A stretch of 47,888 bases of DNA from the IMG/VR virus record IMGVR_UViG_3300012232_000005, positions 1 to 47,888 of that record; one strand, written 5' to 3'. Below the pieces are notes generated by a model that was not told the DNA's origin, searched no databases, and worked only from the letters and a program-made list of their open reading frames with translations. The translations under genes were made by a program, and so were the position numbers. The stretch comes from a virus. Its lineage: Duplodnaviria > Caudoviricetes. Position 1 is the stretch's first letter, and each line of letters opens with the position of its first letter. Shown piece by piece: positions 34,097 to 41,440 of the stretch.

Positions 34097-34772
34097 CGGC
34101 GATCTCCTTCTGGGCGATGCCCACGGTGCCCATGCCGCTGTCGGTGCTCGGCAGGCTCCCCCCGAACACCATCGGGGACGGCTCCTGGACGGGGAGGACG
34201 GGGACGAGCCCCTGGCTGCGCCGATTGCGGCGGGTCAACCAGCCCTTGATGGCCGCCTGCGACCGCTTGTGCAGGCGCTCGATGTGGTCGCGCGCCTCGG
34301 CGCTGAGAGTGACGGTCACGCCCGCGGCGGACTGGAAGGCCGCGAGGATGGCCTTGTAGCCCCCGAGGCGGGGGTTGTCGTTGATCGACGTGACCTCGTG
34401 CCCGTGGAGGCTCTCCTGCGTGATCGCGCTGGCGCTCTCGATCACGAAGGGCTTGAGCCGGGTCACCGCGACCTGGGCGAGATCGCTGATGTGCCGCCGG
34501 GCGTAGTACTCGCCCCGCTGCTCGACGAGCAGGTTGAAGGCGTGGCGGTTCACCATGCCCACGGCGCACCACTTGACCGCCTGCGGGTGCTTGGGGTCGA
34601 TGGTTTCCCCGTCCCGCGCCCGCGCCAAGGTCTTGCTCGTCCACGCCTTCGGGTCGGCCAGCGTCTCGGCGCAGCGGCGGTACAGCTCGGGCAGCAGCGG
34701 CACGAGGTCGCCCATGTGCGGGTTATCCGGCAGGATGGGCACCAGGATCACCGGCTTTTCGGTCTGGCTCAT
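34086..34772 (-). CDS. Hypothetical protein (DUF6197-like)
   Basis: LADPKAWTSKTLARARDG...AVKWCAVG...SIND; SD gaggaaagga. Confidence 0.6.
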   Translation of the reverse strand: MSQTEKPVILVPILPDNPHMGDLVPLLPELYRRCAETLADPKAWTSKTLARARDGETIDPKHPQAVKWCAVGMVNRHAFNLLVEQRGEYYARRHISDLAQVAVTRLKPFVIESASAITQESLHGHEVTSINDNPRLGGYKAILAAFQSAAGVTVTLSAEARDHIERLHKRSQAAIKGWLTRRNRRSQGLVPVLPVQEPSPMVFGGSLPSTDSGMGTVGIAQKEIAGVR

Positions 34773-34923
34773 CGTGTCCTTTCCTCTTCGTGGCCCCACC
34801 GACGAACAGCATCACCCTGCCCGTCTTGCACTTGGGACACTGCGGCGGGGGCCTGTCCGTGTACCAAGTGGTCATGCAGGACGGGCAGAGCCAGGCGCAT
34901 CTCATAGGCATCACCTCTTCCAC
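34723..34923 (-). CDS. Small Zn-ribbon protein
   Basis: WLCPSC...PQCPKC; the true start is probably ATG 34911. Confidence 0.55.
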   Translation of the reverse strand: MEEVMPMRCAWLCPSCMTTWYTDRPPPQCPKCKTGRVMLFVGGATKRKGHDEPDRKAGDPGAHPAG

Positions 34924-34939
34924 TGGCTGAACGGAGCCA

Positions 34940-35008
34940 GGTGGAGCCGGAGGGAGTTGAACCCTCGTGACGATGGCTATAAATCCTCATCACAATCCCA
35001 TCGGCCCC
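34940..35008 (-). ncRNA. tRNA-like RNA lacking a D-arm, resembling the tRNA-like domain of tmRNA
   Basis: GGGGCCG/CGGCTCC acceptor stem with G3.U70 and discriminator A followed by CC. T-arm GAGGG-TTCAACT-CCCTC. 8-nt unpaired ATGGGATT in place of the D-arm. Central stem GTGATGA/TCGTCAC. Confidence 0.75.
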
Positions 35009-35019
35009 AATGGGCCGGC

Positions 35020-35154
35020 TCAGAAGAGCCGACCAGCGCGGGCGTGACGAATCACGGCCGAGAAGAACCCACCCCAGAAGCCCAGCATGATGGGCCAGGC
35101 GACCTCGGTGAACCCACCCAACAGGGGCAGCATCCACGCAGGCCCGAGGTACAT
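35020..35154 (-). CDS. Small membrane peptide (44 aa)
   Basis: MYLGPAWMLPLLGGFTEVAWPIMLGFWGGFFSAVIRHARAGRLF; TGATG coupling with the upstream gene. Confidence 0.5.
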   Translation of the reverse strand: MYLGPAWMLPLLGGFTEVAWPIMLGFWGGFFSAVIRHARAGRLF

Positions 35155-35681
35155 CACGCCCCCTCGGCTTCCTCGTGCTGGATCATCACCAGCGTCGGGA
35201 TGTTGGCCTCCTGCCCCATCCGGATGGTCATCCACGTGCCCGAGCGGCGGGACTTGCCGTGTTCCTCGGGGTAGTCCGCGACCCCGAACAGGCACCTGGC
35301 CCGCTTCACGATGGCCTTGTTCCGGTTTCGGTAGGGGCCGGTCACCGTCTCGTAGGTGTGGCAGTGGGAGCGCCACTCCGGGGGCACGCGGCTCATGTCC
35401 TCGGGCAGCACGGTGTGGACGGTGACGGGGGCGAACAGCGCCGCGAGCAGACTCGCCGCGTTGGCCACGAAGGTGTCGGCCCCCACGCACCCGCCCTGGA
35501 TGACCTCCAGCTCCAGCCCCGCGAGCTGGCACGCCTCGGACAGACCCCGGACGGTGAACAGCAGGGCCTCGCGGCCGCTCTCCTCCAGGTGCCGCGTCCC
35601 CGTGAAGCCCACGCGCAGCACCCCGTCGCCCCGCTGGGCCTCGCCCAGCAGCAGGGCCAGCGTTCTCGGATCGAATGGCAT
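35154..35681 (-). CDS. SLOG-superfamily (YspA/DprA-like) nucleotide-binding protein
   Basis: RVGFTGTR, IQGGCVGAD, RNRNKAIV, SGTWMTIR...IP. Confidence 0.85.
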   Translation of the reverse strand: MPFDPRTLALLLGEAQRGDGVLRVGFTGTRHLEESGREALLFTVRGLSEACQLAGLELEVIQGGCVGADTFVANAASLLAALFAPVTVHTVLPEDMSRVPPEWRSHCHTYETVTGPYRNRNKAIVKRARCLFGVADYPEEHGKSRRSGTWMTIRMGQEANIPTLVMIQHEEAEGA

Positions 35682-35772
35682 GTGGCAGTCCCTTTCCCAA
35701 TCCGCCTGCGTAGCGCCAGACGCAGCAACACCCCCCTCGCGCCCAGGCGAGGAGGGTGTTACACGTTCAGCT

Positions 35773-35805
35773 ATTATAGTAGCAGATGTGTACCGCCAGA
35801 TGCAA
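35773..35805 (-). promoter_or_regulatory. Leftward sigma70-type promoter
   Basis: TTGCAT-N18-(TGc)TACTAT, overlapping TATAAT. A leader hairpin follows at 35727-35760. Confidence 0.7.
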
Positions 35806-35898
35806 CCTAGTACGCCATCAGTTAACCTCAGTTTCAGGTACAGCAAAGCACCAGAACACCGTCAGGGCAGCACCAGCACAGCGACAGAAGAGCGTCAG
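35797..35898. repeat. 11-bp-phased direct repeat array 2
   Basis: CAG/TAG at 35797, 35808, 35819, 35829, 35841, 35852, 35863, 35874, 35885 and 35896 (e.g. cagcaaagcac, cagcacagcga). Confidence 0.75.
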
Positions 35899-36260
35899 TT
35901 GCCCGCCTGCGTGGCCTGGCCGATGGGGAACATCAGGGTGTAGCCGCAGCCCACGTAGGCGGCCTTGAGGATCAGCTCGGCGGTGCGCTTGGCGGCGCGG
36001 ACGCCGGTATCGGAGTTGGCGTCCTGGGGCACCATGAAGGTGGCGGTGACGGGGATGCAGCGCAGCGTCCACTTGACCAAGGCGGTGCCGTCGTCGTCGC
36101 GCAGCCCGACCTCGGCCAAGGTGGACAGGAGGCCGGCGTAGGTCTTGGACGGGTACGGCTCGGCCTTGGTGCCCGTCCACGTGGCGTTGACCTCGTACTC
36201 GCCCGGCTGGGTGTTGACGAACTCGAGGCCGATCAGCGAGGGCTTCTGCGTGAGTGGCAT
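35895..36260 (-). CDS. Hypothetical protein (121 aa, MPLTQKPS...)
   Basis: SD aaagga; high GC3. Confidence 0.7.
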   Translation of the reverse strand: MPLTQKPSLIGLEFVNTQPGEYEVNATWTGTKAEPYPSKTYAGLLSTLAEVGLRDDDGTALVKWTLRCIPVTATFMVPQDANSDTGVRAAKRTAELILKAAYVGCGYTLMFPIGQATQAGN

Positions 36261-36261
36261 A

Positions 36262-36363
36262 TCAGGGCTTCCTTTTCTCGAGGGCTTCGATGAGCAGGGC
36301 CAGGAGCAGCATCGCCGCGACCAGGGCGACGCCCATGGCCGCGGCGACGAGCAGATCAGGCAA
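36262..36363 (-). CDS. Small single-TM peptide (33 aa)
   Basis: TTG start; MPDLLVAAAMGVALVAAMLLLALLIEALEKRKP*. Confidence 0.5.
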   Translation of the reverse strand: MPDLLVAAAMGVALVAAMLLLALLIEALEKRKP

Positions 36364-36463
36364 CGCCGTGGCACACGATGCCCGCGATGAGCACCGCCCA
36401 GATCGTGAGCATCACGATCCACATGCGGCGGGCGCCCATCGCCTGGACGTTCTCGCCGGTCAC
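36356..36463 (-). CDS. Small single-TM peptide (35 aa)
   Basis: GTGA overlap; MTGENVQAMGARRMWIVMLTIWAVLIAGIVCHGVA*. Confidence 0.5.
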   Translation of the reverse strand: MTGENVQAMGARRMWIVMLTIWAVLIAGIVCHGVA

Positions 36464-36954
36464 GCCACCACCGTGAAGTTGCGGCTGGCGTTGTGGCAGA
36501 CCCAGCACCAGCTCGGCCTATCGCTGGTGCGATCCTGTCCGTGCCCGTCGAGGCGCGGCCAGACGTGCGGGGCGCCGCAGGCGTTGCAGGTGGCGATCAC
36601 GACCTGGGGCCGGACGCCCTCCGGGCGCTGGCACAGGCGGTAGAGCAGGTCGATGGCCAGCTTCTTGGCCTCGGCCGCGCCGAGGGCCGGGCCGAAGTAG
36701 TACGTGGTGCCCGTGACGGCCTCCGGCCCGCCGAAGTGGGTCAGCACCCACTTGTGGCTGCCGTAGATGTCGCGGAACAGGTTGGCCTCCGTCCAGCCCG
36801 AGGGGGTCTGGAGGGCGTAGGTGAGGTACAGGTTCTCCGAGCTGGCCAGGATCTCGCCGGTGCCGTCCTCGAGGCGCACGTAGCGCAACACGGACTGCGG
36901 GGCGTAGATCCCGGGGCTGAGGGAGAAGTCCAGGCGTGGCATGATGGGCATCAC
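36460..36954 (-). CDS. Hypothetical protein with C-terminal Zn ribbon
   Basis: CNACG...CWVCH; SD aggag. Confidence 0.7.
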   Translation of the reverse strand: MMPIMPRLDFSLSPGIYAPQSVLRYVRLEDGTGEILASSENLYLTYALQTPSGWTEANLFRDIYGSHKWVLTHFGGPEAVTGTTYYFGPALGAAEAKKLAIDLLYRLCQRPEGVRPQVVIATCNACGAPHVWPRLDGHGQDRTSDRPSWCWVCHNASRNFTVVA

Positions 36955-37169
36955 TCTGCTTTCTCCTGCCGCTTCTGCGACAGGTGTCTGCCCAGGATTT
37001 CCACGAATCCTGGGCAGACACCTAGCGAGATGCTGGCGGGGTGCGGCTGCCGGTGGGCTGCGGCCCTGCCCCGGTCGTCCTGGGGGAGCTGGGCGCCGCT
37101 CCCCCTGGTCGGGTGGAGCGGCGCCCTCGGAACCCCTGGGCCGGCTGAGCTGGGGCGAAACGCCGAAAG

Positions 37170-37193
37170 CCCGCCACCCTCTCGGGTGGCGGG
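37170..37193 (-). terminator. Intrinsic terminator after 37229..38575
   Basis: Minus strand: cccgccaccc-GAGA-gggtggcggg followed by ctttcggcgtttc. Confidence 0.6.
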
Positions 37194-37228
37194 TTCCGGT
37201 TGCCTTGCGGCGGGTTGGGGAGCGGGGC

Positions 37229-38575
37229 CTACGCTGACTTGCGGTTGCGGCTCTGCGGCTTGCTCTCCGCCTCAGCGGCGGGAGCGGGAGCGTCCGGGGT
37301 GGCTTCCGGCGCGGGAGCGTTCGCGGCCTCCGCCGCGAGCGCCTCCGCCTCTCCCTTTGTGCGGTACGTCCCCTCGACGCTCACGATGGAGCGGCTGCCG
37401 AGGAATTGCGCCTGCTGCTCGGGAGTGAGCATCTCCCAGAAGGACGCCTCCGGGAGCAGCCCCTGAACGGACGGGGCGAGGGCGGCCCACTCGATACGCT
37501 CCAGAACGGGAGCGGCGGGAACCTCCGGGGTGGCCTCCCGCAGTCGGCGCGTCTCCCACTCATTGAAGCGGGACTGCGCCACGTCCATGCCCGCCTTGAT
37601 CGACGCCAGGGTGTCGCGCGTCGTTTTGGTCGCGATCTTGACGGCCACGGCGTCCAGAGAAACGCCCATGTCCTTCAAGAACATCTCGTACATGGTCGTG
37701 GCCTGCGTGGTCACGAGCGATTCCCAATCGCGGAAGGCGGCGGCGTTGGGGTCGAACCGGTAGGCGTTCTGAAGGTTCGCCTTGATCTGTTCGTACGATT
37801 CCGACTGCGCGGACTGCGGCAGGGCGGAATTGTAGATGTACGTCCAGATATCGAAGTCCGGCGCCACCATCCCCTCATCCTTCAGGGAGAAGGCGAGCTG
37901 ATCGATCATTTTGGGGATATCGCCGCGGTGGCTGCCGCTCTCCCGCGTCTGCACGAACGAACGCGCGATGGCGTTGACGCGGCGGTTCTTCTCCTCCTCC
38001 GGGGTGGCCTCCCACAACAGGGCGAGGAAGTCGCGTCCGGTACGCGGCGCGTTCTCCACGGCGTCGGCCTTGAAGGTGTCCTGGAGCGACGCGACGGCGT
38101 CGAACAGGGCGGGGTCGACGTTCATGGGGCCACCCGAAACGGTGACCGGCGTCGACGGCGGAGCGGCGTTGCCGCTGGAACCGGCGCCGCTCCCGTTTCC
38201 GTTCGCGGCAACCTCAGGGAAGGCGCTCTTCCCCTCAGCGGCGTACTTCTCCATGGCGGCGTTGATCTGCGCCACGGTCATGTTCCCTTGCATCGGGACG
38301 GTCAGGGTGTCATCGGTCAGCGGCAATCCGGAGGGGTTGCCGAACGCCTTCCCGTTGATGGTCACCGCCTTCCCCTCCCGCACGGCCTTGACGGCGGTGG
38401 CGAGGTTCCAGATGGCGGTACGGTTCGTCTTGCCGCTCCCCTCCGGCTGGAAGGAAGCGATCAACGCGGCGGCGGCGTGACCGTTCGGCGCGGCGTCGTA
38501 GAAGGCGAGGAACGCCTCCGGCTCGACGGCCGCGGTGAAGTCAGCGTAGGACAGTGAGCTAGACGTGCGTGGCAT
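37229..38575 (-). CDS. Hypothetical early protein (448 aa)
   Basis: Long ORF with SD aaagga, first gene after the 38860 promoter; no domain recognised. Confidence 0.8.
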   Translation of the reverse strand: MPRTSSSLSYADFTAAVEPEAFLAFYDAAPNGHAAAALIASFQPEGSGKTNRTAIWNLATAVKAVREGKAVTINGKAFGNPSGLPLTDDTLTVPMQGNMTVAQINAAMEKYAAEGKSAFPEVAANGNGSGAGSSGNAAPPSTPVTVSGGPMNVDPALFDAVASLQDTFKADAVENAPRTGRDFLALLWEATPEEEKNRRVNAIARSFVQTRESGSHRGDIPKMIDQLAFSLKDEGMVAPDFDIWTYIYNSALPQSAQSESYEQIKANLQNAYRFDPNAAAFRDWESLVTTQATTMYEMFLKDMGVSLDAVAVKIATKTTRDTLASIKAGMDVAQSRFNEWETRRLREATPEVPAAPVLERIEWAALAPSVQGLLPEASFWEMLTPEQQAQFLGSRSIVSVEGTYRTKGEAEALAAEAANAPAPEATPDAPAPAAEAESKPQSRNRKSA

Positions 38576-38856
38576 CGTGGTTCCTTTTCAGACGTGCCGA
38601 CCCAGGGCCGGCCGTGGTTGATTCGGGACACGAAAGGCGACGAACGCCGCGATCCTGTCGGTTTCAGCTTCTCGGGTGGCCCCCGCCTGACTTGCAACAT
38701 GCGCGAGCTGGCGCTCAGCGCAGAGGCGGCCTTGATCCTACCCATCTCAGCGTATTCGCTTGTTAAAGGGATCGCGGCGAGGTTCCCCTCCCGCGTCCCG
38801 CTCCCGCCGCCCGGGAGGGGAGCGTTCCCGCTCCCCCGCTCCCGACCGACAGGTAG

Positions 38857-38925
38857 ATTATCGTTCACCCCAGTTGAGGAACGGTTGAGGGGCGGTATGG
38901 AGACGGTTGCGCGTCAGGGGGTCGC
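38857..38925 (-). promoter_or_regulatory. Leftward promoter candidate with 11-bp-phased array 3
   Basis: Minus-strand CTGGGGTG-aac-GATAAT. Plus-strand cagttgaggaa cggttgagggg cggtatggaga cggttgcgcgt cagggggtcgc at 38871-38925. Confidence 0.6.
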
Positions 38926-39244
38926 CCCAGGATCTTACCTCGTTCTGGCGGTTCGCTGGCGCGCTTCCCGCTCCGCCCTGCCGGCCATCTGCTAGCGGAC
39001 TGATGGCAGGGCCGCGGCGGGGGCGGTTGGGACGTGCATCCCCTCCAAGGGTAGAGGGGCCACGGCGAGTCTCAATCACGCCCCAGCGTTGGGCGCGGGA
39101 GAGGGATCGACGCCTGAGGCGAGTCTGGGGTGGCGCGGCATCGTGGGGGGAGAGGGTAGTAGGGAGAGGGGGTCTCTACCCGCGAACGAAAAATAGGCCC
39201 AAAAGGGTGCGTTTTTGACCGGGATTCACGGAAACTGCCAAAAA

Positions 39245-40003
39245 TTATCCAATTCCGGGACGAAAATCACCCACCGTGGCCCGGATCACCCCTCTGGCGA
39301 CCGCCCGACCTAAGGCGACCGGCACCCCGTTCCCGATCAGCTTTCGGAGGGCCTCCGCGCGGTACGGCAGCCCCGGCAGCAGACTCGGGTCGAGTCCTTG
39401 CAGCCGCGCCGCCTCCGGCAGCGGGAGCGTCGTGATCCCGTTCCGCCGCTGCCCAATCGCCGGGCCGTGACCCGCTAAGACCGCAGACTTGACTCGGGAA
39501 GGCTCAATCCTGACAACGCTTTTCTCGATGTAAAAACGACCAAAAACACGCTGAGCAGGATTCCTAAAACCGAACCAAAAGGCCCGTTTTCGACGCGCTT
39601 CGGCCCCGATCCAACCCCCCTCGGAGGGCACATCCAGGGCCTGCACGACCCGCTTCACGATCTGGTAGCCGGGCACCTTCGGCGGCGTCGCCGTGGGCAC
39701 GTTCTCCATCAAAAACCACTCGGGAACCGCGGCCAAGATGCACCGGACGAACTCCGGCACCATGTCGCCCACCCCGCTCCCAGATCGCAGGTTCAGGAAC
39801 CGCATCTCCGAGTGGACTTGGCACGGCGGCCCCCCGATGATCCCGTCGAACCGCCCGGCGGGCGGAACCCAGTCCTGAATCCGCGACCCCCACACCGGGT
39901 CAGGCCCGTGGACGACGCAGTAGCCCTCGATCCCGAAGGCGATCCCCAGAAAGTCCAGGCCCGGAAACAGGCTCAGCACGAGCTGATCTTGTACCCTGGA
40001 CAC
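39245..40003 (-). CDS. DNA (cytosine-5) methyltransferase
   Basis: Motif I LSLFPG, motif IV GGPPCQ, motif VI FLMENV, RKRAFW, motif IX EAARLQG, motif X IGNGVP. Confidence 0.9.
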   Translation of the reverse strand: MSRVQDQLVLSLFPGLDFLGIAFGIEGYCVVHGPDPVWGSRIQDWVPPAGRFDGIIGGPPCQVHSEMRFLNLRSGSGVGDMVPEFVRCILAAVPEWFLMENVPTATPPKVPGYQIVKRVVQALDVPSEGGWIGAEARRKRAFWFGFRNPAQRVFGRFYIEKSVVRIEPSRVKSAVLAGHGPAIGQRRNGITTLPLPEAARLQGLDPSLLPGLPYRAEALRKLIGNGVPVALGRAVARGVIRATVGDFRPGIG

Positions 40004-41440
40004 ATGCCTGCGTGGAAGAACCGCATCGTCGCCCACGGTGAGGAAGCCCCCGATCAACTCCTCGCCAATCCCCAGAACTGGCGGATTCACCCCGCCTTCC
40101 AGCAGGAGGCGCTGAGAGGCGTCCTCGACGAGATCGGCTGGATTCAGCAGATCGTCGTCAATCAGGTTACCGGCCACGTCATCGACGGGCACCTCCGCGC
40201 CGCCGTGGCCATCTCCAAGGGCGAGAAAACCGTCCCGGTCACGTACGTCAGGCTCTCCCCGGATGAGGAGCGCCTCGCCCTGGCCACGTTCGACCCCCTC
40301 TCCGCCCTCGCCGTCGCGGACTCCGAGGCCCTCGCCGGACTCCTCTCCGACGTGAAGCCCTTCGTCACCGACGAGCAGGTGCTCGCCCTCCTCGATCAGC
40401 TCCAGATGGGCCAATACGGGGGGAACGTCGAGATCAATCTGGAGGACGTGGCCCCGAAGTTCGACGGGGTGGACGCCCCCGCGCTCTCCGAGGAGGAGGC
40501 CGCCCACCTCGACGACCTCGCGGAGCCGCTCCACAAAGCCTCCGTGGATAAGCTCGAGGAGCTGCGGAAGCGGTGGGGCGTGGAGGCCGGACAGACCTGG
40601 CGCATCCCCTCCGGGACGACGCCCGGCGCCTTCCACACCCTCTTCGTCGGCGACTGCACCAAGGCCGAGACGGTCAGATGGGTGGCCCCCAGAGGCGCCA
40701 GCCTCGTCATCACCTCTCCGCCCTACGGCACCGGCCAGGACTACGAGCTGGATCGGGAGACGGGCGAGGCGGCCAGGGAGGACTCCGAGAAGGGCCGCAG
40801 ATCGACCGCCGAGAGCCTGAACCGCCTCAGGGAGCTGCTCACCACCTTCGTCGCCGCCTGGCAGAAGGCGGCCCCCCAGTTCGTCGTCAACCTGGCGGAC
40901 ATGACCGTTGGCCCCGAGGTCGGCAAGGAGTTCCACACCTACGGCGAGCTGGTCGGCCTCTTCGGCCTGGCGGCCATGAGCCTGGGTTCCACCCGGATCT
41001 GGAAGAAAGACCCCGTCTGGGTGGGCACCAACCCCTACTGGCTCAACTCCTACAAGCCCGTCCACGAGTGGGAGTTCATCGGCCACTTCTTCGACCGGGA
41101 GCGCCTCCCGTTCAAGAAGGTGGCCGAGCGGGTCGCGGAGGGCGAGGAGTGGCGCTACCGCGGGGTCTGGGAGATGCGCTCCGTGGCCAGCCAGGGCGAC
41201 GGGAAGCACCCCGCCGCGTATCCGGTAGAACTCCCCCGCCGGTGCCTGCTCCTGTTCAGCGATCCCGGTCAGATCGTCGTCGACCCGTTCTTGGGCAGCG
41301 GGACGACCATGATCGCCGCGGAGAAGCTCGGCCGCGTCTGCGTCGGCGTGGAGCGCGATCCCACCTACGCCGCCGTGGCGCTCGAAAGGATGGCCAACCT
41401 TGGCGTCGCCCCGCAAAAGAACGGCACCGCTCCGAAGTGA
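40004..41440 (+). CDS. ParB-like N-terminal domain fused to an N4/N6 DNA methyltransferase (beta class)
   Basis: NPQNWRIH...IDGHLR (ParB); ITSPPY, HPAAYP and DPFLGSGTT (methyltransferase). Confidence 0.9.
   Translation: MPAWKNRIVAHGEEAPDQLLANPQNWRIHPAFQQEALRGVLDEIGWIQQIVVNQVTGHVIDGHLRAAVAISKGEKTVPVTYVRLSPDEERLALATFDPLSALAVADSEALAGLLSDVKPFVTDEQVLALLDQLQMGQYGGNVEINLEDVAPKFDGVDAPALSEEEAAHLDDLAEPLHKASVDKLEELRKRWGVEAGQTWRIPSGTTPGAFHTLFVGDCTKAETVRWVAPRGASLVITSPPYGTGQDYELDRETGEAAREDSEKGRRSTAESLNRLRELLTTFVAAWQKAAPQFVVNLADMTVGPEVGKEFHTYGELVGLFGLAAMSLGSTRIWKKDPVWVGTNPYWLNSYKPVHEWEFIGHFFDRERLPFKKVAERVAEGEEWRYRGVWEMRSVASQGDGKHPAAYPVELPRRCLLLFSDPGQIVVDPFLGSGTTMIAAEKLGRVCVGVERDPTYAAVALERMANLGVAPQKNGTAPK

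Noticed and set aside
34940-35008. Canonical tRNA-Ile(UAU) or an attP copy of a tRNA/ssrA 3' end
   Set aside because: There is no D-stem and the anticodon stem is poor for a standard tRNA. Both acceptor strands are present and no integrase was found, which argues against a simple attP.
35797-35898. CRISPR mini-array
   Set aside because: Units are 11 bp, degenerate and contiguous, with no repeat-spacer structure and no cas genes.
38600-38760. Hammerhead ribozyme in the early leader (ctgaga...gaaa)
   Set aside because: The core does not match CUGANGA and I could not build the three stems.
39245-41440. Complete restriction-modification system
   Set aside because: No adjacent restriction endonuclease. 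Orphan methyltransferases next to terminase genes are common in phages.
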